A stretch of 60,321 bases of DNA, counting the filler, from Sphacelaria rigidula (Eukaryota), in the NCBI GenBank assembly GCA_964200075.2. It is 9 parts of 9 records of this genome, joined end to end, with 100 filler letters (N's around TTAATTAATTAA, not from the genome) between each part and the next. Parts side by side here need not be neighbours in the genome. Positions count along the whole stretch, not along the records: positions 1 to 6,614 come from CAXNAA020019056.1; positions 6,715 to 13,328 come from CAXNAA020019057.1; 7 more parts are not named here. One strand, 5' to 3'. A program made the translations under genes and the position numbers. Below are positions 1 to 11,545 of this stretch, piece by piece; within the stretch, counting starts at the first letter, position 1; every line of letters starts with the position of its first letter. The notes below the pieces were generated by a model. It searched no databases. It was not told the DNA's origin and worked only from the letters and a program-made list of their open reading frames with translations.

Positions 1-13
1 CACGACCCATCGC

Positions 14-14
<1 letters not shown>

Positions 15-51
<37 letters not shown>

Positions 52-68
52 CTATCGTAGAAAGTGTC
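15..68. mobile_element. Right terminus of a GACAC-type MITE, preceded by a poly-G run
   Basis: GGGGCTATCGTAGAAAGTGTC closely matches the right TIR of the element at 4239-4491 and is the reverse complement of the terminus at 60241. Confidence 0.7.
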
Positions 69-159
69 CCTAGTCTACCATGTCATTCTGTTCGACTTTT
101 TTTGTTCCTTCTTTTTCTTCAGCGAGTGTTTCAACCTTAGTTTTGTGATGTCTTACGTA

Positions 160-353
160 CGTCTATCATGTGACCACGGGAGGGTCAGTTAATCCTTTTG
201 GAACCCATTGACGATTTTTGTTTCCGTGAATCGACATCGTTTCCAGTCATTTTCAAGTCAAAATGATGCCGATTTACAAAAACAAAAATCGTCAGTGGAT
301 TCCAAAAGGGTTAAAGTGCAACAATCAAATCAAATCAAATCAAATCAAATCAA
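160..353 (+). repeat. Non-LTR retroelement-type 3' tail with a (CAAAT)n end, interrupted by the MITE
   Basis: CATGTGACCACGG...GGGTCAGTTAAAGTGCAACAAT followed by CAAAT repeats. Related copies at about 905-965 (+) and about 23425-23485 (-). Confidence 0.55.
193..310. mobile_element. 118-bp piggyBac-like MITE
   Basis: TTAA at 189-192 and 311-314. Imperfect TIRs of about 50 bp (TCCTTTTGGAACCCATTGACGATTTTTGTTT... / ...AAACAAAAATCGTCAGTGGATTCCAAAAGGG). A paralogous empty site GGGTCAGTTAAAGTGC lies at 931-946. Confidence 0.85.
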
Positions 354-1204
354 TATTTCATCATCAGTGACTAAATAAACAGGAATATTTCGGTTTTGGG
401 GTTGGGGTTGGGGTTGGGATTGGTTGGGGTTGAATTATAATTTATTGGAAAAAGGGAAAAGGTTTCCGCAAGGCCTCGAGCAACGTGCTCAGCTTATGAG
501 CTAGCTAGCTGCTGCTACGGCTTTGCCAAACTGCGCCATGTACCATTACGCAACGCACATGAGTATCAGCAGCGGTGCCCATGTATCTCGCCTGTCTTGT
601 GTATGTGTGTATATATATATATGCTGGATTATTTTTTGGGAGAAGGGAACACCATTTTCAATAATATATATATAATGTACTACGTATATTTAATTCAATT
701 TGACCTCTAATTTTAATTCGATCTGTTAGTTGTTTGAGAGTTGTTGGGGTTGTTGGGGGTGGATGATTTTTTTAATGGTCACTTGTTTGTTGTTCGGGAG
801 TTACTGGGGTTGCTGGGGGTGGGTTATTCCTTTTTTGGAAAAGGGTAGACAATATATACTATATACTCTATATACTATATATATATATATATATGTTCAC
901 TCCTCATGAGACCACGGCTGGACCCCTGGGGGGTCAGTTAAAGTGCGACAATCACTCCATCAATAAAAAAATCCTCCCCTTTCTCGGGACGAGTCCGTGG
1001 TCTCAGGGGACCGACCCATCTCTCCTCCGGTACGGTGCACACACGACATTTTGGTGTCACGGATTGGATCATGACCATCTACCATAGGCACTCCCGCACC
1101 GCGTCAACTCTCGTCCAACAAACGGAGCCGAACAGACTTTCGTCGCTACTCACGTACGCCGTCACGCTTTCTACAATAGCGGAGATAAAAAATATAAATA
1201 AATC

Positions 1205-1317
1205 AGATACTTTTGAAGAAGAAACAAAAATCCAAACTACATCTGTCCGGAATCGAACCCACGTTTTCACCGCCCTAATCGTGTAAGTTGTAAACAACTA
1301 TTGGATCAACGGAGCGC
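1205..1317 (-). mobile_element. Degenerate tRNA-derived SINE head
   Basis: B-box-like GGGTTCGATTCC on the minus strand at about 1249-1260; no complete cloverleaf. Confidence 0.45.
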
Positions 1318-1355
1318 AGATACATGAACTATTTGGATGTGTCATTTTCCATCAC

Positions 1356-1515
1356 CTCGTAGACTTCGCCCACTCCTCGTTCCTCCTCAGCGCGCGCAGG
1401 TTCCTCCGCTTCTGCGGCACGTCTGCCCTTGGCCGAGGCGGCGACTTTCGCTTCGCTTCGATCGCTTCCAAAGCTGCCGCCCGTATCGACCGTAAGCTCT
1501 TCAGCCCTCCCGTTC
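1356..1515 (-). CDS. Possible isolated exon encoding a basic peptide; product unknown
   Basis: GC-rich open stretch (GGLKSLRSIRAAALEAIEAKRKSPPRPR...EEWAKST) bounded by a TAG acceptor and a GTGATG donor on the minus strand. No recognisable homology. Confidence 0.3.
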
Positions 1516-2534
1516 TACATGTATATATATATATATATGGTTGGTCATGATTCATTGGAAGGATCCCAGGACGCAGCGGCGGTGACAGCAGGGTGCGGCG
1601 TCACGTAACATCATCGATCGAGCAAGCGATCGCTTGATTAATTATCAGTAGTTGGTTCATTGATTGACTAATAATAAAATGATTAATTAATTGATTGATG
1701 AGTTGGTAGAATGATTAATTAATATTAAGTAATTTGATTGATCGATTGATTGATCGATTGATTGAAAATGGAAAGTCTCGCCGGAAAAAAAAAAAAAATC
1801 GAAGGTAAAAGAAAAAAAGAAAAAATAGCAAGAAAAAGGAAATAAGAACAATAACAACAGCTCCTTCCAATATATTGAAGAAAAAAAACGGATCACCCCC
1901 AGAACGCCCAGGGCGGCTCATCTGTAGTGTACAATCGGTGTCATGCTCCACCGGAGGATACAAACGAATGCCTTACGCAGAGAATCGAGAGAAGCGTTCG
2001 ATACATCTACAGGAGCTCCAAGGACTGCTCAAGTTAGAACCTTCAAGACGCAAACAAGCAAGACTGTGAGGCATTTGGAGGTTGACTCTTCGATGCGGAT
2101 GCATTAACTATGCATGATAGACTCGAAAAGCACGAAAAAAAAGCCAAGATCGTCTGCGCTCATGGGACACGAATTCTTCATTCGATAACGATGTTTTGAT
2201 AATCACAGGTGTCTTGTTGGTGGGAATGGGGCTTGAGTGTCTTTGTTCATTTTCCAACCAATACCGTGTATGATAAACCTGTCTTTTTCGTTTGTTTCGG
2301 TCTGGAAGGGATACAGTGCAGTACAACAGGCTGTGGATGGACAGAAACTGGCGCGGATAAGACATAACCCCTCCCAACCCAAAAAACACACAGCAACGAT
2401 GGTTGTAAATGGAAGAAAAACAAATATAGCAACATATGTGATGACTATGACGTAACACCACTTCACAATGGTCGAGTCGCAGTTGTCTACCGTATAATCT
2501 ACGAGTGGGAGACAAACGCCTAGTGGAATATCGA

Positions 2535-2860
2535 CAAAACTAACTTACAACTAGTACGCACGACCTTACAACTGGCACACACAACCATACAACTGGGACA
2601 CACAACCATACAACTGGGACACACAACCATATAACTGGGACACAAAACCTTACAAATGGGAAACACAACCTCAAAATTGGGGAACACAGCCTTACAACTG
2701 GCACACACAACCATACAACTGGGACACACAACCATACAACTGGGACACACAACCATATAACTGGGACACACAACCTTACAAATGGGAAACACAACCTCAA
2801 AATTGGGAAACACAGCCTTACAACTGAAACACACAACCTGACAACTGAAACACCCAAACA
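2535..2860. repeat. 21-bp minisatellite array (CACAACCATACAACTGGGACA-like)
   Basis: Clear 21-bp period, with a higher-order duplication of about 126 bp. It produces the Cys/Val-repetitive ORFs in the track. Confidence 0.9.
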
Positions 2861-3169
2861 CAAACAACAAAGTTTTCGTCAGATTGAGAGTAGAATGCTG
2901 ATAGAGAGTGGCTTTAATCATTCGCTTCAATTTAGCCAATTTTTCATTCCGTGTGTGCTTTTCTTTGTCTTCATCATTAGTGTGTGCTTACAGCTACACG
3001 TCGATATCCTACTCAGGGATATTAAGGGCCTCAGTGGCGAGCTACTAAATAAAGCATATTGGGCCTCACGGAGGTGCATTTCGGAACTGAAACGATTCAG
3101 TCACTAATTGACTGCTTTTCACTCTCAATCGTATCCTCTACTCTCAATCTCACGAAAACATTGTTAAAC

Positions 3170-3965
3170 CTGGTACACTCAACCTTACAACTGACACACT
3201 CGACTTCAAAACTTGCACGCTCAACCTTATACTGGAATACCCAACCGTACGAATGGAACACCCCACCTCGAACATGGTACATCCAACCTTCTAACTAGCA
3301 CACACGACCTTTCAACTAGCACACACACCCTTCCAAGGGTCGGACGAATTGATGATTTGTCTGGAAATTACTTGATTCTAGTGTCATTGGTTCGTACCGT
3401 ATGAATCAATCCTCAGGCTTTGTTTTCAGCATTGCAACCCAGGTACGCGCAGCCCAGGCACGTGGGATGGCATGGCGCAAAAATTGCGTGGAGATTTTTT
3501 TTCAACAGCGGTCAACGTTTTTTTCCTTTTCGAAGAATCAGGCCTGAAAAATCGTGGATTTGGTGATTCGAATCGGCAACTGATTTGTCCGAACCGTGCA
3601 ACCTTCTAACTACTATTAATAGCACACCCAACCTTACAACTTGTACATCCAACCTTGTAACTGGAACATCCAACCTCAAATTGGTACACACAACCTTAAA
3701 ATTAGCACACACAACCTTAAAACTAGCACACACAGCCTTATAACTAGCACACACACAACCTTACAACTTATACATCCAACCTTGTAACTGGAACATCCAA
3801 CCTTAAAACTAGCACACACAACCTTAAAACTAGCACACACAGCCTTATAACTAGCACACAAAGCCTTATAACTAGCACACACAGCCTCATATCTAGCACA
3901 CACACAACCTTACAACTTGTACATCCAACCTTGTAACTGGCACACTAGACCTCACAGCTGGCACA
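3170..3965. repeat. Further arrays of the same ~21-bp minisatellite family
   Basis: Degenerate units at 3170-3330 and clearer units (CACAACCTTAAAACTAGCACA) at 3620-3965, in the same orientation as 2535-2860. Confidence 0.8.
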
Positions 3966-4238
3966 GCGGGAAACCCACCTGTAAATACCATCGATGCTGA
4001 AAGCTGGGTGTGGAGAATGACGCCATGTCATGCGCGTCTCCTCGGGCTTTGGTATATACCGAAAGTTCTGCGGTCGTCGAGCAAGCCAGGGAGGCGGGGA
4101 ACGTCATACGTCATACACGGGGATATTATCGGGGGATAATAAAACGCACGATGATAAACCACCTTGCTTTGTTTGCTTTGCTTGCTTTGTTTTTTGCTTC
4201 GCTGTTGTCGATTGACTTGAGCATTCGCTTCTTCGGCT

Positions 4239-4491
4239 GACACTTTCAACGATAGCCCCGCCCCCCCCCGAAAAGTGCCTGGTTTGGGGAGGTAAAATCT
4301 CAACGTAAATCGAAATGGAACAAGCGGAGCACAACAAGCAGCTGAGAATCCCCACGCTTGGGTTCGTTCTCGCCAATGCTGCCCATATGAGGCGCTTCAT
4401 GCAGCCTGAACCCAAACATCAGGCGCTGTATGACCATTTTTTCGTGAGACTTCTGGGCTGGTTTTTGGCGGGGGCTATCGTAAAAAGTGTC
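4239..4491. mobile_element. ~253-bp MITE with GACAC-type TIR (Sola2-like group)
   Basis: TIRs GACACTTTCAACGATAGCCCC / GGGGCTATCGTAAAAAGTGTC. Flanks GGCT/GGCG match at 3 of 4 bases. The internal sequence is homologous to 28967-29224 and 60241-60321. Confidence 0.8.
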
Positions 4492-6324
4492 GGCGGGGAA
4501 AACACCACCTTGCTTTGCTTGCTCTGCTTGGGGAAAGAAGAAAATCTTGCTTTTCTTGTTTTGCTCGTGTTGTGTAGTAAAGAGCAAGCGGCTGTATAAC
4601 GCAAGGACACAGCTTGCAACCCAAGGCACAAGCTTGCCAGGCAAGTGTACAACCGTCAGACTGTTACAACTTGCAGATGCCGCATACCCTGCTCAATATC
4701 CAATATTAGCCGAGGTTCACGCATTAGGTTCTTGGACTTCTCTCTTAGTTATCGTGATTCTAACTCCGATACCACTCAATCAATCGAACCCAGACCAGCC
4801 AATATCTCTCACCGATGGTAAGACTTCCTTTTGCTGGCTAGCAGATGGGAGCAGTTGATAGTATTCATGAGAGGGGTTTGTTCGTGGCTACAGTGAACAA
4901 AGCCCGTATCATTCCTGTGATTATACAGGTTCACATTCGTATCCGACCAACTTTGAACGGACCTGTAGTCTCCGGAACAAAAGCACGCCATGGCTAGAAT
5001 CGACAACGGGTCTGAAGCAGCATCAACAGACTAATATGCGTTCGCTTGTTTTGATTGCTTTGCTCGATTGGAGGGGGGAAACACCTTGCTTTGCCTACTT
5101 GCTTTGCCTACTTGCTTTGCCTACTTGCTTTGCTCGCTTTGCTTGTACACATGCCGGTGTTGTCTTGCAAAGGAAAATGAAGACGTCTCGCATACAAGAC
5201 CTTTCTGACACTGCCTCAAGAATACCAAATCAATCCGGTGCTTCTTGAGTACGGTTGATGAAGGCCGCGGAACATCACCTCCCCCACCCCCCCCTGGGCA
5301 GGGCACGACTGCAGGCCGCCCTTTATCGGAACGTCCAGCCTTTATCCGGGGTTCGTTGGGCGTACGTTCGAGATTCTCTAGTGATGCGGAGGCATGGTGG
5401 ATCCAACTGAACCCTTTGACCACGAGCACAGGTAATCTGTTAAATCAGGACATTGTCCACTCGAAAAAATACTGCATGATCAGATGAGCTACCCTCGTGG
5501 CCAAAGGGAAATGAGGGGTTTACGAGTGTATCCACGCAAGGAAAACCGCTCCTACCTCGTCATTTTTCGTGACGAGCGATATTTATCGCTCTCAACTCCC
5601 GAATGTTCTTACCTCGAGCACTCTTGACTCGGGGAACCCACTGCATTATCATCGTTCGTTACTCCCTCACTCGTAAGTCGCCAATCCGGGAAACTAACCA
5701 GGTGCTAGAGGTGGATTATCTCAATAGCAATGTACACATGTATAAGACAGGCCTGCGGACAGCGGGCGTGACTCATCTAACCCGGACTGCGGGTGTATGT
5801 AGGTCGCAGCTCCTCACTCGGTGAAAGGCTACGGAGCGTGTAGAGACGCAACGTGGACTTAAACAGGACGGGCTTTGCAAAGCAGGGCTTAGGGTTGGAT
5901 CTCAGAGTGACCGAGGCGTGGAACCCGGACGGAGTGCCTCCCAGACGAGGAGTACGACGAGCCCAGACTAAGGATTGGATAATGACGATCCCCGGGTGAC
6001 GGACCCAGGATGATGGTCCGGGTTGACCACTCGTAGCCCCGATTCATCAGTAAGCGGGTCGGGTCATACAGAGGTCACAATCACACATGTACCAAGAGGT
6101 GTTATGCCCCGGGGATGGGGGACACGAAACACCGCTGATAAATTTACCGCTCAGATCTGCGATCCGAACAATTCCACACACTGTCAAGGGTGTAAAATAA
6201 TCACAGATGACTATCGTTTCTGCGATCAGACTGGAGACCTAAGGTCTCAGATAGTCATCAATCTATGATACGGCCCTGAGAAGATGTAGTAAACACCTCT
6301 CAACCCCATGACAGAACTTGAAAC

Positions 6325-6327
<3 letters not shown>

Positions 6328-6380
<53 letters not shown>
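6328..6380. repeat. (CA)n microsatellite
   Basis: Perfect AC dinucleotide run. Confidence 0.95.
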
Positions 6381-6381
<1 letters not shown>

Positions 6382-6614
6382 CACCTTGACACAAAACAAC
6401 ACCCAGCATGCGGTTCTTTCATCCGAATGGGTTAAGCGTGCGGTCGGCGCGCATGTGCACATCAGTAAGTCATCATCCATCTGGATATACCTGAAACGCA
6501 AAAAAATAAAGAACCGCATGATCCATACGTCCCGTTTGCCGTTGGTCCCCCCCAGTCCCGGTTCCACACCCGTAGGGTCACCTCTGCCCTTCATCGCCGG
6601 ACACCCCATGCATC

Positions 6615-6714
6615 NNNNNNNNNNNNNNNNNNNNNNNNNNNNNNNNNNNNNNNNNNNNTTAATTAATTAANNNNNNNNNNNNNNNNNNNNNNNNNNNNNN
6701 NNNNNNNNNNNNNN
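6615..6714. other. Artificial contig-joining spacer (first of 8)
   Basis: 44 N + TTAATTAATTAA (stops in all six frames) + 44 N. Identical copies at 13329-13428, 20043-20142, 26757-26856, 33471-33570, 40184-40283, 46897-46996 and 53610-53709. The segments are 6614, 6614, 6614, 6614, 6614, 6613, 6613, 6613 and 6612 bp, i.e. sorted by size. Confidence 0.98.
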
Positions 6715-7930
6715 AGATAAGAAAAATCCGGTTGAGTTCAAATATAAGTGGGGAGAAGGGGAACTAGCGATCGTAGATCAGTGTACATACCTTGGCGTAG
6801 AGATCTCAAGAACCTGTTCTTGGGATGCACACATAAACAAAGTAATAGAAAAGGGTAAGACACAGATAGGCAAGTTGGACGTGATCCTCGGAGACCCGCG
6901 CCTAGACAGTAGGATTAAGAGATGTATCCTGATGAACGTGATCATACCAAAGCTGGAATATGCACGATACGTATGGGAGGGGAGCGTGAAGGTAGTGGAG
7001 AGGTTAGAAACAGCGTAGATGACAGCAGCTAAGAAAACACTTGGATGCTCATAAACGACGAGTAGTACAGCTTTGAGAGCAGAGTTGGGAATGCACTCAC
7101 TTAAAACAGAAACATGAGGAAATTGAGATGGTAATATAGTGTAAAGAACATGCAGAGAAAGAGATTGCCGGCTAGAGTTGATGGGGCTGTATGGAAGAAA
7201 AGTACGATAGGGCGTGCGATAAGGTGGGATAAAGAAGTCGAGAAAATATTGAAGGAGATGGGCGTAAACCAAGACGAAGTTGTGTCCATAGGTGAAGACG
7301 CGGGGTACAAGGCAAACGTGAGAGATATTATCGAAATAAGGGAAAAAGGAGCCCTCAGACGCAAAGGAGACGAGGAAGAACACCTGGAGATATACGGGTG
7401 GTTGAGAGAGGGGATAGATATGAAAGCATATTTTCATGGCCCAATGGACGCTGCGAACAAAATGAAACTGCGATCTCGGGTGGGGTATCTAGACCTACCA
7501 GAAAGAAGAAATAGATAAACCAGTCGTCGAAAGGAGGAGGGGGTATATGGACAGAACTGCCTCTGTGGCGAAGGAAAAGAGAGCAGAGCTCGTATAGTAG
7601 CAGAATGTGAACTATACAAGGAGAAACGGGACGTGCTAGAGGGGGAAATGCGGGACGTGAACAAAGATGGCATGAAATCATTTGATGCATTAGAGAGGAG
7701 GGAGAAAACGATTACTACACTAGGAGATAGATGGTGGCCAAAGACGGCGAAACAGGACGGGGATAAGATATGTAAAAGGTTTTTGTGTGATGTATGAAAG
7801 AAACGCAACGAGCTGCGGAAGAAACGTAATGAGCGCCGGAATGTTGGAGATGTATCTATAAGCAGTAAGAACGGTGCTCCGTCTAGAAAAAGATGCGCGG
7901 TCAATCGTCCCACGACTAAGGCAACCAACG
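6715..7930 (+). pseudogene. Decayed LINE (non-LTR retrotransposon) ORF2: RT thumb and C-terminal region
   Basis: Translation ...IVDQCTYLGVEISRTCSWDAHINKVIEKG...VIIPKLEYARYVW...TALRAELG contains the YLG box and LEY/ELG motifs typical of CR1/L2/RTE-like ORF2. It has in-frame stops and frameshifts. Confidence 0.85.
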
Positions 7931-7983
7931 AATCAGTACGCCCCTCCCCTATCGTAGCATGACTCCCGTTTCAAGTATAATAT

Positions 7984-8403
7984 TGTTGGAATAGGCGTGC
8001 TGCCTTGATTTGGCACAGAAATATACCCGCGTGTCATATTGCAGTCAATCTAAACTGAGAGCTGGCAAGGCTATCGCGTCAGCAGGAGTGTGGTAGTTGA
8101 ACGCGGCGGTATAGCTTCGTTGGACGTACATGTGCAGGGTTGGGTTTGTTTGAGGAAGTGGCAAGCATTGAGGCTTGATTCCGATTGCCACCGCTTTCTC
8201 TCTCCCAAGCTTACCAAGTTTTGCCTCCAGCTCTCTGCGTGCAGAAGAGGCTGTTTGATTTCATTTCAGCCAGAAGCGCCACGGAAAATCATCCGACTTT
8301 TCGTCTTCCTCGCTGCACATCGCGAGAGAGCTTAACAAATATTGTGCAAGCCTCTGCTATTTTGCCTAGTGAGACAGTGCTACACGAGCCAATATTTCCA
8401 ACA
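7984..8403 (+). repeat. 5' LTR of the Copia element (420 bp)
   Basis: Perfect 8-bp terminal inverted repeat TGTTGGAA/TTCCAACA, immediately followed by the PBS-like sequence. Confidence 0.75.
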
Positions 8404-11298
8404 GGTTCTGAGCCTCGACTCGCGACCACGTAGGTCATCAGGTCATCAGCCTTCGATTCGAGATTACGTCGAATAGCACGGGCGAGGAGACGTCACTCCA
8501 AGGTTGTCTCAGCATCGACAGTCAGAAGGTCAAGAAAACCAGATCTCTTCAAAACGATCTACAGGTGGGAAAAGGAAGTTTCACGAATAACCTGAGGCAG
8601 ATTATCTCGGGAGAGCCATCTGCAACTCAGCTAATCAAGAGCATGAATAAGTCTGACGGAACGAAGAGCGTAGTGGACGCGCTCTACGCACGCCACCGTT
8701 TCTTTGATTCATCCGTGGATTTCTGATATCATCAACGGGGTGGAACGTCCAACGGAATTTAGGAAGCTTTCTCTGAGGTAGACGTGCCACAAGCAGCTGC
8801 CAGGTTGACATCGAGATTACGACCCAGTGAGACTCATTCCAGCAGCCGCCAGCAGCCGCCAGCAGCCGTCCGGTCGTACGCGTTTATCATCGGTGGCAGC
8901 AACCGGGGCAAAAGCAGCGGCGGGTGAGACTGAAACTACAGATCAAGTCCAGAATCCTGCGCCAGGAGTGGCTGGTCATCCCAGCGTGGCGTCACATGTG
9001 AGGCAAATCTTGAACACGCGTGACGTAGAAAACTGAGACCGTTCTCACGAACAGTTGTTCCACGTTTTATATCAGTCGACAACTGGTTCAGCGGCGAGTT
9101 TTTTTGTGCGTTTTCAGCCAAAGGGTTCAGAGAAACCAAACGGCGAACGAGGGTGGAAATGTCTGGTTGTCAAGTATCAGAATTTATTCAAACAGAGACG
9201 TCTTATTTTCATGAGACAGCTGGACAAAATCATCATGTCACCAGGGCAGGATCCGGATGTCTTTCGCGCGAATGTATATCAGCTCCGAGACGAGCTCGTC
9301 TACATAGGCGAAGTTATCTCGGAGGAGAGATTAAGTGACATAGTAATCGAAGGTCTAACCAGCTATTATGATCTGAAATCAAGTACAACGCTGAACGTGA
9401 CCCGGACTTCAGCATCGAGGACATAGGAACAACAATGCGCAACACGTGTGATAATTGCATGGCGTGCAAAATCACCGCTAAAAACTCGCACGGCCGTGAA
9501 TCAGCAATTTTGGTGGCATCAATGCCGAATTCTTCGAATCCATCCTCGAAAGTTCATGGGAAATGCTACTCCCGTGGGAAACCAGGCCACCATATGCGTG
9601 GCTGTCGTTCTAGAAGGCAGTCCAACAAGGGGAACAGGCCTGTAAAAAGGTACAGTCTCCACCAAACTGACAAGCACGACGACTCCGAGTGTAGAAATCA
9701 ATTGAACAGCGGGAACGTGAGCAGAAGCTCCGGAAACAACAATAATTCTTACCGTCGTAGCAACCCCCGTAATCGCAGCAGCAACCGCGGAACAACAGCA
9801 GCGGCAGCAGAAGCAATGGCAACAACGACAACAGCAACATCATCGACAGCAACATTAGCACCAACAACTTCGACGAACATCAAGGCCAAGCTAATAGTGC
9901 CATTGCCGATCCAACTTCTACGACTGAACACCATCGAGCAACCATGGTCAACGTATTTCAACAACTTCAGCTTCACCAGTGACCGATACATATCGACCAC
10001 CAAACGGCATAGGGTTTTGCTTGCTTTCCGGTTCACATCTCACTGACAACCGTTGTACATCCGACCAAAATTATTTCAAGATGTCAGTTGACAGTTGCTC
10101 AAGCGGGCATTTCATAGACAATCAGTTGTTGCTAAGTATCGAACGAAAAATGGTCGATTCTGTGAAGCTTGATCCACCCGTGAGTATCCTTGCTGCTGGA
10201 CGTCATCTACTGCATTGTACGGGAAGAGGCGTAGTCACCACCGTCACTAATACTGAAGGGAACCAGCGCTCTGTTCGGCTGCCTGCCGTGATTTTTCAAT
10301 TTCTGCGGAAACATCGATTCTCGCCGGTAGAAGCGCTGACGAAGGGTGTTTTCACCATTTTTTCTAGCAAATCCCACGTACAGTTTTGGAAACTTCAATG
10401 ATACACCTCACTGCATCCACTTGAAGATTTTACAGAAACCGGGGACCATCAACTACAGCTCGGCACTGACAGCCACAGTTATGTCGGGGGGACTTATGGC
10501 CATCGGTACTGTTCTTGTAGCAGAAACAGTTCAAGGCATGACTGAAGACTCAACAGCTTTGTCAACCATGATGGGAACAGAGGTATGGCACAAACGGTTC
10601 GGACATCCCATAAAACAGGTCATGCGCGATGTACGGAATATTCCCGAATCAGGTGTACATTTCAAAGGCTCGCTGTCACCTTGCGAAACCTGCAAAAATG
10701 ATCAGAGCGTACAGCAGGGTCATCCCAAGACCATTGATTCCATCAATATTTCGGAGCGACTGCAACTGGTCAGCGCTGATCTGTCAGGACCCATTTCACC
10801 TGCTGCATTGGAGGGCTATCACTATATAGCGAAGTTGGCGGATCACTACACGCGGTTTAAGGTGGTTTGCTCCATCAACAAAGGACGAAACCCTTAGTGC
10901 GCTCTGCCGGTTCATCCGAGATCTGGCTTTCCCTCTAGGGCCCCGCGTACATCGCATATGGTCAGGCCGGGGTTGAATATGTTGTAGACTACTTTGGAAG
11001 ATACTGCGATAACAACGGTTATTCTCCGAGAGTTAACAGCCTTTTACACACCTCAACAAAATAGCATTCCCAAGCGAGACGGGAGAACTATCCTGAATAT
11101 TACACGCTGTCTTCATAATGAAACGAGTCTGCCGAAGATTCTTTGGGGAGAAATTACAGCATTTGCGGCTTTTTGATCAACCGCTTGCCGCACACAAGCA
11201 TTGATGGAGACACCCCATACCATCGGATGTTTCTCAAGCACAAAACCGTTATTTTTGCGAACCATCGGTTCGAGGGCGTTTATGCACAAGGAGCGGCA

Positions 11299-11545
11299 GA
11301 GTGATGCTGCGATAGGGTCTGCACTTTTGGGGCCAAAACCGGCCTAAGAGTCACGAGAGTAATGTTCCATCGAGAACATTGTGACCTCCGCCCGAACCTC
11401 AGACTGGAATTATCTCATGGTTCATGGATGCATGTTCCACCCTTAGGCTCTAAGAACTGTGGTGAGAGTCAAAGGTGATTCGACGTGCCTAAATCCCGAT
11501 TTCCTCTCAGGCCGCAAAAGCGCAGACCCTATCGCAGCATCACTC
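11299..11545. mobile_element. 247-bp MITE with GAG...CTC termini and 4-bp TSD (Sola2-like), inserted in the Copia integrase
   Basis: Perfect 24-bp TIR GAGTGATGCTGCGATAGGGTCTGC; TSD GGCA on both sides. Removing the element and one TSD restores the Copia frame AFMHKERQQSKLEEKAWE. Confidence 0.9.

Noticed and set aside
394..432. (TTGGGG)n as a telomere
   Set aside because: Only a few internal, imperfect units; not terminal.
2520..3903. Cys/Val-rich repetitive ORFs
   Set aside because: Translations of the 21-bp minisatellite, open in several frames.
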